From Actinomycetes bacterium (GTDB lineage: Bacteria > Actinomycetota > Acidimicrobiia > Acidimicrobiales > Microtrichaceae), in the NCBI GenBank assembly GCA_023434535.1, contig JAEYSR010000207.1, positions 1,853-65,852 of the forward strand: a DNA stretch of 64,000 nt, given 5' to 3'. The notes under the pieces were generated by a model. It saw only the letters and a program-made list of their open reading frames with translations, made no database searches and was not told the DNA's origin. This document shows positions 20,560-30,800 of the stretch, piece after piece; positions within the stretch are counted from its first letter, which is position 1, and each line of letters begins with the position of its first letter. The position numbers were made by a program, and so were the translations under genes.

Positions 20560-21744
20560 GTGACCGGACCCGACGACGTCGCCGACGACGGACCCACCCG
20601 CCCCGTCCTGCTCACCCCCGGTCCCCTCACGACCAGCGCCCGCACCCGACGGGCCGCGACGGTCGACCTCGGATCCTGGGACCGCGAGTTCAACGAGCTG
20701 ACCGCGGACGTGTGCGATCGGCTGGTCCGCGCCGCCGACGCGAGCCGGCGCCTCGTGTGCGTGCCGCTCCAGGGCTCCGGGACGTTCTCGGTCGAGGCGG
20801 CGGTCCGGACGCTGGTCCCCGCCGGTTCGACGTTGGTGGTGCTCGTCAACGGCGCCTACGGGCAGCGCATCGCCGCCATGGCGGAGCAGGCCGGCCGGAA
20901 GGTCGTGGTGTTCGAGAGCGCCTGGAACACGTCGCCGGAACCGGACGCGCTGGCCGATCTCCTCGACCGCCACCCCGACGCCTCGCACGTGGCGCTCGTG
21001 CACTGCGAGACGTCCACCGGGCTCCTCAACCCGGTCGCCCGGCTGGCGGACGTGGCCCACGCGGCGGGGCGACGGGTGATCGTCGACGCCATGAGCAGCT
21101 TCGGAGTGCTGGACCCCGGCATCGACCACCCGGCCGTGGACGCGGTGATCGCCGCCTCCGGCAAGTGCCTCGAGGGGCTGCCGGGAATGGGCTTCGTCCT
21201 CCTCCCCGACGGCGTCCTCGAGACGACCGCCGGCAACTGCGACTCCCTGTCGCTCGACCTCCTCGACCAGCGTCGCTACATGGATCGCACCGGGCAGTGG
21301 CGCTACACGCCGCCGACCCACGTGGTCGCCGCGCTGCGAGAGGCCCTGGTGCAGTACGAGGAGGAGGGCGGCGCCCCGGCTCGACTGGCGCGCTACACCG
21401 CGAACAGCGTCGCGCTGTGCGACGGCATGGATGCGATGGCCTTCCGCCGGTACCTGGCGCCGGAGCTGCGCACGCCGATCATCCACACGTTCCTGGCTCC
21501 GGACCACCCGAGCTGGTCCTTCGGCGAGCTGTACGAGAGGGTGCGCGAGCGCGGCTTCGTCCTGTACCCGGGGAAGCTCACCACCGAGGAGACGTTCCGG
21601 GTCGGCTGCATCGGGGCGATCACCCCCGACGTCCTGACCGCCGCGGCGACGGCGATCGGCGAGGCGCTGTCCGACATGGGGATCCCGGTCCCGCTCGAAC
21701 ACGACGACGGGCGCGCCGCGCCCCCCGAGGAGGCTCACCGATGA
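20560..21744 (+). CDS. phnW: 2-aminoethylphosphonate--pyruvate transaminase
   Basis: LLTPGPLTTS, DLGSWD, QGSGTFSVEAA, HCETSTGLLNP, DAMSSFG, GKCLEGLPG, QWRYTPPTH, YPGKLT. Confidence 0.93.
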   Translation: MTGPDDVADDGPTRPVLLTPGPLTTSARTRRAATVDLGSWDREFNELTADVCDRLVRAADASRRLVCVPLQGSGTFSVEAAVRTLVPAGSTLVVLVNGAYGQRIAAMAEQAGRKVVVFESAWNTSPEPDALADLLDRHPDASHVALVHCETSTGLLNPVARLADVAHAAGRRVIVDAMSSFGVLDPGIDHPAVDAVIAASGKCLEGLPGMGFVLLPDGVLETTAGNCDSLSLDLLDQRRYMDRTGQWRYTPPTHVVAALREALVQYEEEGGAPARLARYTANSVALCDGMDAMAFRRYLAPELRTPIIHTFLAPDHPSWSFGELYERVRERGFVLYPGKLTTEETFRVGCIGAITPDVLTAAATAIGEALSDMGIPVPLEHDDGRAAPPEEAHR

Positions 21745-22418
21745 GGACCGAGATCGTGGTCATGGACATGGCGGGCACCACCGTCGCGGACGACGGGCTG
21801 GTGATCGCGGCCTTCACCGCGGCGGTCGGCTCCCTCGGCGTCGGCGAGGACGACGAGCGCTTCCCGGCCATGATGGACCACGTCGTCGCCACCATGGGCG
21901 AGTCCAAGATCACGGTCTTCCGGGCGCTGTTCCCCGGGGACGAGGACACGGCCCAGGCCGCCAACGCCGCGTTCGAGTCGGCGTACTCGGACCTCGTCGC
22001 CGCCGGCCGCTCCGAGCCGCTGCCCGGCGCCGCCGACACGATCGCGTCCCTGCGCGGCAGCGGCGTGAAGGTGGCCCTCACCACCGGCTTCTCCCCCGCC
22101 ACCCGCGACGCCATCCTGGCCGCTCTCGGCTGGGACGACCTCGTGGACCTGGCCCTGTCGCCCGCGGACGTCGGTCGGGGTCGGCCCTACCCAGACCTCA
22201 ACCTCACCGCCCTCCTCCGGCTGGGGGGCACCGACGTGCGGGCGATGGCCACTGTGGGCGACACCGCCTTCGACGTGCTGGCCGGTCTCGCCGCCGGCGC
22301 CGGTGTGGTCACCGGCGTCCTGAGCGGCGCCCACGACAGGCCGACGCTGGCAGCTGCCGGGGCCCACCACGTGATCGACACCGTGGCCGACCTCCCCGAG
22401 ATCCTCAGGCTGGACTGA
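21741..22418 (+). CDS. Phosphonatase-like HAD hydrolase (PhnX-like)
   Basis: DMAGTTVADDG, TMGESK, LTTGF, GRPYPD, VGDT; ATGA overlap with phnW. Confidence 0.85.
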   Translation: MRTEIVVMDMAGTTVADDGLVIAAFTAAVGSLGVGEDDERFPAMMDHVVATMGESKITVFRALFPGDEDTAQAANAAFESAYSDLVAAGRSEPLPGAADTIASLRGSGVKVALTTGFSPATRDAILAALGWDDLVDLALSPADVGRGRPYPDLNLTALLRLGGTDVRAMATVGDTAFDVLAGLAAGAGVVTGVLSGAHDRPTLAAAGAHHVIDTVADLPEILRLD

Positions 22419-22438
22419 TCCCGGCCGACGGGACGACC

Positions 22439-23128
22439 ATGCCCGTCGCTCCCGACGCCGACGCCGCGGACCGCACGACGAACCCGTTCGAGCCGCCCGG
22501 CCGCTACGGACGCGACAGCGTCGAGTTCGGGCGGGCGTTGGCGTTCTTCGACGCGACCTACTCGATCGCGGCGACGTTGCTGGTCGTCACGCTCAACCCC
22601 ACCGACGCCGATTGGCACGACTGGTCGGCCTTCGTCACGAACGAGTGGTCGTCGCTCGTCTGCTTCGCCATCTCGTTCGTCGTCATCACCAGCTACTGGT
22701 GGATCAACCACCGGCTCGTCGCGACGATGGACTCGCTGAACGCACGGTTCGTGGCGTGCGCCATGACGATGCTGGGCTTCGTGGCCCTGATCCCGTTCAC
22801 CACCGAGGGCCTGAGCGACTTCGCCGACGACTCCAAGGGCACGGTGGCCACGATCGTGTACGCGGCGAACGTCACCGTCGTGTCGGTCCTCGCCGGGCTG
22901 CTGGTCGTCGTGGCCTACCGGGAGCGGCTCTTCCGACACCAGCCCAGCCGACGGGAGCTCACCGCACGGCTCCTCGACATGGCCGACACCCCGTTCATCT
23001 TCCTGGCGTCGATCCCGGTCACGGTGCTCCTGGGCCCGTCGTGGGGTCGGACCAGCTGGGCGCTGCTGTTCTTCACGGGACCGCTGAGCCACCGCCTGTC
23101 GGACCGCTACGCCGGCCGCCCGACCTGA
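22439..23128 (+). CDS. TMEM175/DUF1211 family membrane protein (putative K+ channel)
   Basis: RALAFFDATYSIAATLLVV, ISFVVITSYWWINHR, LIPFTT. Confidence 0.85.
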   Translation: MPVAPDADAADRTTNPFEPPGRYGRDSVEFGRALAFFDATYSIAATLLVVTLNPTDADWHDWSAFVTNEWSSLVCFAISFVVITSYWWINHRLVATMDSLNARFVACAMTMLGFVALIPFTTEGLSDFADDSKGTVATIVYAANVTVVSVLAGLLVVVAYRERLFRHQPSRRELTARLLDMADTPFIFLASIPVTVLLGPSWGRTSWALLFFTGPLSHRLSDRYAGRPT

Positions 23129-23146
23129 CGCCCGCAGCGCCCGACG

Positions 23147-24421
23147 TCAGTCCTGGGCGAACAGGGCCTCGACGAACTCGTCGGCGTCGAAGTCGACCAG
23201 GTCGGATGCGGTCTCTCCCAGACCGACCAGCTTGATCGGGATGTCGAGCTCCGAGCGGATGGCGAACACGATGCCGCCCTTGGCCGAGCCGTCGAGCTTG
23301 GTCAGCACGACGCCGGTCACGTCGGTGGCCTCGGTGAACTGGCGGGCCTGCTGCAGCCCGTTCTGGCCGGTCGTGGCGTCGAGCACGAGCAGGACCTCGG
23401 TGACCGTGCCGTCGCCCTTGTCGGCGACGCGCCGGACCTTGCCCAGCTCGTCCATCAGGTTGGACTTGGTGTGCAGCCGGCCGGCGGTGTCGGCCAGGAC
23501 GACGTCGGCGCCCTTGGCGGATGCCGAGGCGATGGCGTCGAAGATGATCGAGCTCGGGTCGCCGCCCTCGGCACCCCGCACGATGTCGGCGCCGGAGCGC
23601 TCGGCCCAGGTGGTGAGCTGCTCGGCGGCGGCGGCGCGGAACGTGTCGCCGGCGGCCATCACCACCGCCAGGTCCTGGTCGGCGAGTCGCCGGCCCAGCT
23701 TGCCGATGGTCGTCGTCTTGCCCACGCCGTTGACCCCGACGAACAGCCAGACCGTCGGCTTGGTGTCCGCGAACGCCAGGTCCACGGGGCCGGCCAGCCG
23801 CGACTTCATCTCCTCCTTGACGGCGGAGATCAGGTCGTCGGGCGTGGTGATGCCCCGCTCCTTCACCGTGCCCCGCACGGAGTCCAGCAGCTCCTGCGCC
23901 GGGCCGATGCCGACGTCGGCACGGATCAGCGCCTCCTCGAGCTCGTCCCACGACTCGGCGTCGATGGTCGAGCGGGACGTGATCGATCCGACGTAGCCCG
24001 AGAAGGCCGACCGGGCGCGCGCCAGGCGGTCCCTGAACGTGGGCCGGACCAGCTCCTCGAGGTCGCCGGCCTGGTCGGCCTCCCACTCCGCCTCGGCGGC
24101 CTCCGCCGCCGCGATGTTGGCGGCGACCTCGTCGTCGGTCAGCTCGGGGCCGGTGATCTCCACCGTGCCGCCGAACATGGACCCCCGCGGCTCGACGACC
24201 TCGATCTCGGGCTCGCTCAGCGTGTCGGGATCCGACGGCCTCGTCACCTCCCGCGGCGCCTCGGCGTCCGCAGCCGGCTCCTCGATCGCGTCGAGGTCGA
24301 CGTCCGCCGGCGGTTCGAGGGACTCCCCACGACCGCGACGCGAGACGAGCGTGGCTCCGGCCACCACCGCCAGGACGGCGACGACGGCGAGGATGATGCC
24401 GAGGATCACGAGTGGTTCCAT
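23147..24421 (-). CDS. ftsY: SRP receptor FtsY with N-terminal transmembrane anchor
   Basis: GVNGVGKTTTIGKL, DTFRAAA, DTAGRLH, DATTGQN, TKLDGSAKGG. Confidence 0.97.
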   Translation of the reverse strand: MEPLVILGIILAVVAVLAVVAGATLVSRRGRGESLEPPADVDLDAIEEPAADAEAPREVTRPSDPDTLSEPEIEVVEPRGSMFGGTVEITGPELTDDEVAANIAAAEAAEAEWEADQAGDLEELVRPTFRDRLARARSAFSGYVGSITSRSTIDAESWDELEEALIRADVGIGPAQELLDSVRGTVKERGITTPDDLISAVKEEMKSRLAGPVDLAFADTKPTVWLFVGVNGVGKTTTIGKLGRRLADQDLAVVMAAGDTFRAAAAEQLTTWAERSGADIVRGAEGGDPSSIIFDAIASASAKGADVVLADTAGRLHTKSNLMDELGKVRRVADKGDGTVTEVLLVLDATTGQNGLQQARQFTEATDVTGVVLTKLDGSAKGGIVFAIRSELDIPIKLVGLGETASDLVDFDADEFVEALFAQD

Positions 24422-24683
24422 CGGCGGGGAGCCTACAAGTGCTCCGGTCCCGGCCCACCGGACCGTCCGCGGGGCCGGAACCGGACCCCACGGGACCCCT
24501 GGAGCCGCCGGCAGGACGCCGGGATAGCTGAAGGACGGATCAGCAACTTCTGCTCCGTGGCAACGGAGGCGGGTGAGGAGCCCGTACCGTTCCAGGACGT
24601 ACCCGTCGCCGGGGCCGACGTCCCGGCGACGACGAGCGTGCCGGGACGTCCGGACGCACGACCAGGAGAGAGCGACACCTCTA

Positions 24684-25775
24684 GTGGACCAGCAGAGCAA
24701 CACCTCCACTCCCGCAGCAGACGTCGAGCGTCTGCTGTTCGAGCTCAAGAAGGTCATCGTCGGTCAGGACCGCGCCATCGAGCGGGTGCTCACCTGCCTG
24801 ATCGCCGGCGGCCACTGCCTGCTCGAGTCGGTGCCCGGCCTCGCCAAGACCCTCACGGTGGAGACGCTGGCGTCCTCCGTCGGGGGCAGCTACTCCCGCA
24901 TCCAGTTCACCCCCGACCTGCTGCCCGCCGACCTCGTGGGCACCCGCATCTATCGGGCGTCGAGCGAGCAGTTCGACGTCGAGCTCGGACCGGTGTTCGC
25001 CAACTTCGTCCTGGCCGACGAGATCAACCGGGCCCCGGCCAAGGTCCAGTCCGCCCTGCTGGAGGTCATGGCCGAGCACCAGGTCACGATCGGCGGCAAG
25101 CGGTTCCCCTCTCCGGAGCCGTTCCTGGTGCTGGCCACCCAGAACCCGATCGAGTCCGAGGGCGTGTACCCGCTGCCCGAGGCGCAGCGCGACCGCTTCC
25201 TGATGAAGGTGCTGCTCGACTACCCGAGCCCCACCGAGGAGCTGGAGATCGTCCAGCGCATGGGCACCAACCCGCCCACGGCGGACCAGGCCCTCACGCT
25301 CGAGCAGGTGGAGCAGCTGCAGGCGGCGGCCAAGGACGTGTTCGTCGACCGCAGCGTGCTGGAGTACGCCGTCAACCTGGTCCTCTGCACCCGGACGCCC
25401 GAGAACTTCGGGCTCCCCGAGCTGCGGGCCTTCATCGAGCTCGGAGCCAGCCCCCGTGCGTCGCTCGGCCTGATCAAGGCCGGCCGGGCGCTCGCCCTCA
25501 TCCGGGGCCGCACGTACCTCACCCCGCAGGACGTGTTCGACGTGGCGCCCGAGATCATGCGTCACCGCATGCTGCTGTCCTACGAGGCGCTGGCGCAGGA
25601 CGTCGACGTGGAGCAGGTCCTCGCCCGCGTGCTCGGCACCGTGCCCGCCCCGAGGCTCAGCCCCGCCCAGTCGGGCGGCGACCCCTACTATGGCGGATCG
25701 ACCGACTCGGCGGCGTGGAACGCGACCGCCCCCGGCGGCGTCGCCGCGTCCTCGTGGGGGAACGGCCAGCAGTGA
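24684..25775 (+). CDS. moxR: MoxR-family AAA+ ATPase
   Basis: VPGLAKTL, RIQFTPDLLPADLVG, LADEINRAPAKVQSALLE, ATQNPIE, GASPRA. Confidence 0.95.
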   Translation: MDQQSNTSTPAADVERLLFELKKVIVGQDRAIERVLTCLIAGGHCLLESVPGLAKTLTVETLASSVGGSYSRIQFTPDLLPADLVGTRIYRASSEQFDVELGPVFANFVLADEINRAPAKVQSALLEVMAEHQVTIGGKRFPSPEPFLVLATQNPIESEGVYPLPEAQRDRFLMKVLLDYPSPTEELEIVQRMGTNPPTADQALTLEQVEQLQAAAKDVFVDRSVLEYAVNLVLCTRTPENFGLPELRAFIELGASPRASLGLIKAGRALALIRGRTYLTPQDVFDVAPEIMRHRMLLSYEALAQDVDVEQVLARVLGTVPAPRLSPAQSGGDPYYGGSTDSAAWNATAPGGVAASSWGNGQQ

Positions 25776-26716
25776 CCGGCCTGTCCCGCACCCTGGGACT
25801 CGTCGGCGACCGGCCGGCCGAGGAGATCCTGCGACGCCTCACGCTCGACGTGAACCGCAAGCTCGACGGCATGCTGCACGGCGACTTCCTGGGTCTGGTG
25901 CCCGGACGCGGGACCGAGCCCGGCGAGACCCGGGCCTACGAACCCGGCGATGACGTCCGACGCATCGACTGGAACGTCACGGCGCGCATGCAGGACCCGT
26001 ACATCCGGGAGACCATCGCGGATCGTGAGCTCGAGGCCTGGCTGGTCGTCGACCGCTCGGCTCGGTTGGACTTCGGCACGGCGAGCTGCGAGAAGCGGGA
26101 CCTGGTTCTGGCGGCCTCCGCCGGGGTCGGTCTCCTGACCGGCCGGGGCGGCAACCGGGTGGGAGCGCTGATCGTCCAGGGCGACCAGCTGAGCACCGTG
26201 CCGCCCCGCCACGGACGCACCCACCTGCTCGCCATCCTCGAGCGGATCATGGCCACCCCCCGGGGCGACGGGACCGGGGTCGGCGACCTGGCCGGTGCGC
26301 TCAAGCGCGCCGGAGCCGTGGCTCCGCGTCGCGGACTCGTCGTGGTGCTGTCGGACTTCCTCGAGGATCCCGACGTGTGGCGCACCGCGCTCGGGACGGT
26401 CGCCCTGCGCCACGCGGTCCTCTGCATCGAGGTCGTCGACCCCCGGGAGCTGGAGCTGCCCGCCGTCGGACTGGTGCAGTTCAGCGACCCGGCCACCGGT
26501 GGAGTCCGCGAGGTCAACACCAACGACGCCACCACCCGGGCCCGCTACGCGGAGGCGGCCGCACGCCAGCGGGCGACGATCGCCCACGCCATCCGCAGCG
26601 CGGGTGCCGACCACCTCCAGCTGCGCACCGACGGGGACTGGGTGCTGGACCTGGCCCGCTACGTGTCCCGCCGACGTAAGCGGGCCGAGCTCGCCGCCAC
26701 CACGGCACCGCGATGA
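25772..26716 (+). CDS. DUF58 domain protein
   Basis: RAYEPGDDVRRIDWNVTAR, VDRSARLDFGT, VLSDF, DPRELELP; GTGA overlap with moxR. Confidence 0.92.
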   Translation: MTGLSRTLGLVGDRPAEEILRRLTLDVNRKLDGMLHGDFLGLVPGRGTEPGETRAYEPGDDVRRIDWNVTARMQDPYIRETIADRELEAWLVVDRSARLDFGTASCEKRDLVLAASAGVGLLTGRGGNRVGALIVQGDQLSTVPPRHGRTHLLAILERIMATPRGDGTGVGDLAGALKRAGAVAPRRGLVVVLSDFLEDPDVWRTALGTVALRHAVLCIEVVDPRELELPAVGLVQFSDPATGGVREVNTNDATTRARYAEAAARQRATIAHAIRSAGADHLQLRTDGDWVLDLARYVSRRRKRAELAATTAPR

Positions 26717-26797
26717 CGCCGGGAGCTGACAGGACGATGAACGGATCCGACACCACCGTGGCCGACGGCGCCACGGTCCAGATGACTGAGATCGACG

Positions 26798-27769
26798 ATG
26801 ACTGAGTGGTTCCTCCAACCCGAACGACTGTGGCTCCTGCTCGTCGTCGTCGGCCTCGCCGGCCTGTACGTCGCGCTGCAGTTCACCAAGCCCCGGTACG
26901 CGGTGCGGTTCTCCAACCTGGCGCTGCTCGACTCCGTGGCCCCCAAGCGGCCGGGATGGCGTCGCCACGTCGTGGCCGGATGCTTCCTCCTCGCCACCGC
27001 CGTGCTCGTCGCGGCGTTCGCCCAGCCGATCATGACCGAGAAGGTCCCGTCCGAGCGATCCACCATCGTCCTGGCCATCGACACCTCGCTGTCCATGGCG
27101 GCGACCGACGTCGCGCCGAACCGGATCGAGGCCGCCCAGGCCGCGGCCAAGGAGTTCATCGACGAGCTCCCCGACCAGCTCAACGTCGGGCTCATCAGCT
27201 TCGCCGGCAGCGCCCAGCTCCTGGTTCCGCCCACCCAGGACCACGCCAAGGTCAACGCGGCGATCGACGGGCTCGAGCTGGACAAGTCGACCGCCATCGG
27301 CGACGCCTCCAAGCTCGCCGTGCAGGTGATCGAGGACCAGGCCCGCGGCACCGACGGCGAGAAGGTCGACGGAGCCGTCGTGCTGATGTCCGACGGAGAG
27401 ACCACCGTCGGGCTCCCCACCGCGGACGCCATCCCGATCGCCAAGGACGCCGGCGTGGCCATCTCCACGATCGCCTACGGCACCCAGGACGGCGAGATCA
27501 CGGTCGACACCGACGGCGACGGCGTGGGCCAGCGCACCAGGGTGCCGGTCAACGTGGACGAGCTGCGGGGCCTGGCGGAGGGCACCGGCGGCACCGCCTA
27601 CACCGCCGAGACGGCGCAGGACCTGCGGTCGGTCTACTCGGAGCTGGGCTCGACGATCGGCTACGACGAGGAGGAGCAGGAGGTCACGTACCGCTTCGTC
27701 GGCCTCAGCCTGGTGCTGCTGCTCGTCGGTGCGGGCTTCTCGCTCCGCTGGTTCAGCCGCCTCCCCTGA
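26798..27769 (+). CDS. VWA-domain membrane protein (BatA-like)
   Basis: MIDAS motif DTSLSM, TAIGD, LMSDG; N- and C-terminal TM helices. Confidence 0.92.
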   Translation: MTEWFLQPERLWLLLVVVGLAGLYVALQFTKPRYAVRFSNLALLDSVAPKRPGWRRHVVAGCFLLATAVLVAAFAQPIMTEKVPSERSTIVLAIDTSLSMAATDVAPNRIEAAQAAAKEFIDELPDQLNVGLISFAGSAQLLVPPTQDHAKVNAAIDGLELDKSTAIGDASKLAVQVIEDQARGTDGEKVDGAVVLMSDGETTVGLPTADAIPIAKDAGVAISTIAYGTQDGEITVDTDGDGVGQRTRVPVNVDELRGLAEGTGGTAYTAETAQDLRSVYSELGSTIGYDEEEQEVTYRFVGLSLVLLLVGAGFSLRWFSRLP

Positions 27770-27779
27770 CCCGAACCGG

Positions 27780-27827
27780 CTCTGTCCTGCTGGGCACACC
27801 CGATCGGGTGTGCCCAGCAGGACAGAG
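27780..27827. repeat. Perfect 48-bp palindrome, REP-like family copy A
   Basis: CTCTGTCCTGCTGGGCACACCCGA|TCGGGTGTGCCCAGCAGGACAGAG is its own reverse complement; lies between convergent VWA and smc genes. Confidence 0.95.
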
Positions 27828-27839
27828 TTGGGCTCACGG

Positions 27840-30800
27840 TCAGTCGAGGACGGTGGCGGCGCGCTCGGAGACGACCTTGGACGAGCCGGCCGGCTCCATC
27901 GTCACGCCGTACAGGACGTCGGCGGCCTCCATGGTGCGCTTCTGGTGGCTGACGACGATCAGCTGCGCCGCGTCGCGGAACTCGGCGATGAGGTCCAGGA
28001 ACCGGTGCAGGTTCACGTCGTCCAGCGCGGCCTCGACCTCGTCCATGACGTAGAAGGGCGACGGCCGCGACCGGAACACCGCGAACAGGTACGCCAGCGC
28101 GGTGAGCGAGCGCTCGCCGCCCGACAGGAGCGACAGCTTCCGGACGTTCTTGCCCGACGGACGTGCCTCCAGCTCGATGCCGGTCTCCAGCAGGTTGTCG
28201 GGGTCGGTCAGCTTCAGCCGACCCTGGCCGCCCGGGAACAGCGTCTCGAACAGCAGCGTGAAGTTCTGGCTCACGTCGGCGTAGGCCGCGGCGAAGACGT
28301 TGACGATCTCCTCGTCGACCGCCTTGATCACCTTCGACAGCTCCCGGCGCGTCTGGCGGATGTCCTCCAGCTGCGACTCCAGGAACGTGTGGCGGGTCGA
28401 CAGCTCGTCGAACTCCTGCAACGCCAGCGGGTTGATCGGGCCCATGAGGCGCAGCTCCCGCTCGAGCTCGCGCACCCGGGCCGGGGCCGACACCCCGTCG
28501 GGCAGCAGCGGGCACTCGGTCGCCATGGCCGCTTCGGGTTCGGTGTCCAGGTCGTGGCGCAGCGCCTCCACGGCGGTGTCCAGGCGCATGCGGGACTCGG
28601 CGTCCGCGATCTCGGCCTTCTGGAGCTGGGCCCGGGTCGACTCCAGCTCCCGCTCGGCCGTGGTCCTCTCCGACCGCAGTCCGTCGAGCAGGTTGGTGAC
28701 CTCCCGGGTGGCCTCGGACTGACGGCGGCGCTCCTCGCGCAGCGACGCCAACGTGGGCTCCACCACGGCGAGCCGGTCCGTCACGAACGCCTGGAGGCGC
28801 TCGGTCGCGACCACCCGGGCTTCCAGCAGGATCCGTCGGTCCGCCGCCTCGGCCACCTCGGCCTGGTTGCGCTCCAGCCGCTCGCCGACCTGGGCCAGTC
28901 GGGCACCGACGTAGCGGCGACGCTCGTCGAGGGCGGCGACGCGGACGTCGAGGTCGGTCCGTCGGGCCCGCACCTCCGCGACCCGGGTCTCGAGCTGCTC
29001 GCGGGCCTCGGCCATCCGTCGGGCCTGTTCGCCGAGCTCGGCCTCGGCCGCCTCCAGGGCGGGCAGGCGCTCGGCCAGCTCCGCCACCCGGACCTGCTCC
29101 CGGGACAGCCGCTCGACGAGCTCGTCGAGATGCGCGCCGAGGGCGTCCAGCTCTCCTGCCGCCTCCTGTGCGTCGGAGTCCAGGCGCTGCACCTTGTCGG
29201 CCAGCGCCCGGCGGTCGTCGACCGCCCGGTCCCGTCCGCGCACCGCTCGCTGCTCCGCGTCGCGTGCCTCGGCCACCGCGCCCCGTGCCGTCTCCACGCC
29301 TCGCCGGGCCTGGTCGCGCTCGGCCACGGCCCGCTCGGCGCGCTCCCTCGCCTCGTCGAGGGCTGCGCCCGTCGCGCCGGAGCCGGCGGCCCTGAGCCGC
29401 CACCCTGCGGCGCCGAAGCGATCCCCGCGCCGGGTGACCACGACCGCGCCGGGCGTCGTCAGCGATGCCGAGATGGCCCCGTCGAGGTCGCCCTCGACCA
29501 CGACGGCATCGATCAGGAGGGCGTCGAGCACCGCGTCGATCCCGGTGGACGACACGCCGGCTCCGGCCGCGGGTCGGACGTGGCGCCGGACGGGCTCTCC
29601 CCCGCCGGGCAGCGCCGCGGGGCCGGTCGTGGAGCGGGTCGCTCCCAGGGCGAGCACCGCGCCGCGGTGGTCGCCGTTCTCGAGGGCGGCGAGCGCCCGG
29701 CGCCCGGCGTCCACGTCGGCCACGACGACCGCACCGAGCGCCTCACCGGCCGCGGCCTCGAAGGCCTCCTCCCAGCCGGGATCCACGTCGACGAGGTCCA
29801 GGAGCGTGCCGAGAACGCCGTCGAGCCCGCTCAGGCGCTCGGCACCGGCCCGCTGCCGAGCCTCGTCCAGAGCGAGCGACAGGGCCTCGGCGCGGGCGGT
29901 CCACGCCGAGGCATCGGTCTCGGCGTCGGTGGCGGTCGACTCGGCGACGGCCAGCTGCCGCTCGGTGGCGGCGCGGGCCTCGGCGGCGGCCGTCGCCGCC
30001 GCGTCCAGCGCCGGCGCCTCGGCGTCCGCCTGCTCGGCCGTGCGCGCCGTGTCGTCGCGTTCGGCGATGAGGCGCTCCACGCGCTCGCGCAGCGAACCCT
30101 GCCGGAGCGCCAGACGCTCCCGGTCGGCCGAGGTGCGGTCGATCGCCGAGCGCAGCGCAGCGAGCTCGCCGCGGGCCGCCGACGCCTCGCCAGAGGGGGC
30201 CGGCACGCCCTCGCCCCACTCCTCGGCGAACGCCGCCCGTCGACCGGCCAGGTCCGACTCGAGCTCGGCCAGGGCCTCGACCTCGTCGGTGACCGACACG
30301 CCGTCCCGCTCGATCTGGGCGGCTTCCTCCGACAGCTGGCTGTGCTCGGCCTCCAGCGACGCGATGACGGCGCCGTCGACCGACGCGCCGAGCTCCCGGT
30401 CGAGGTTGCGACGGCGCTCGGCGAGCAGCGCCAGCTGGCCGCGACCCTTCTCGGCGACCTTCTCGTAGCGGACGAGCACGTCGCCGAGATCGCGTCCACC
30501 GAGGGCCGACAGCTGGGCCTCGGCGGCCAGGATGCGGGCGTCGAGGTCCGACAGGACCGCCCGGAACCGCTGGTCCGCGCCGCGCAGGTCGGCCTGGGTC
30601 CGCGACGACTCCTCGAGCTGGGAGCGCAGGCGCAGCAGCTCGCGGCCCGCCAGGTGGACCCGCAGTGCGGTGAGCTCCGCGACCAGGCTGCCGTGGCGAC
30701 GGGCGGCGTCGGCCTGTCGCTCCAGCGGGCGCAGCTGACGTCGCACCTCCCGCAGCAGGTCGTTGATGCGGGTGAGGTTGGCCTCGGTGGCCTGGAGACG

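Noticed and set aside
23471..25771. Apparent long N-terminal fusion onto DUF58 (1081-aa ORF)
   Set aside because: Upstream part is antisense to ftsY and out of frame within moxR; the real start is the GTG at 25772 overlapping the moxR stop
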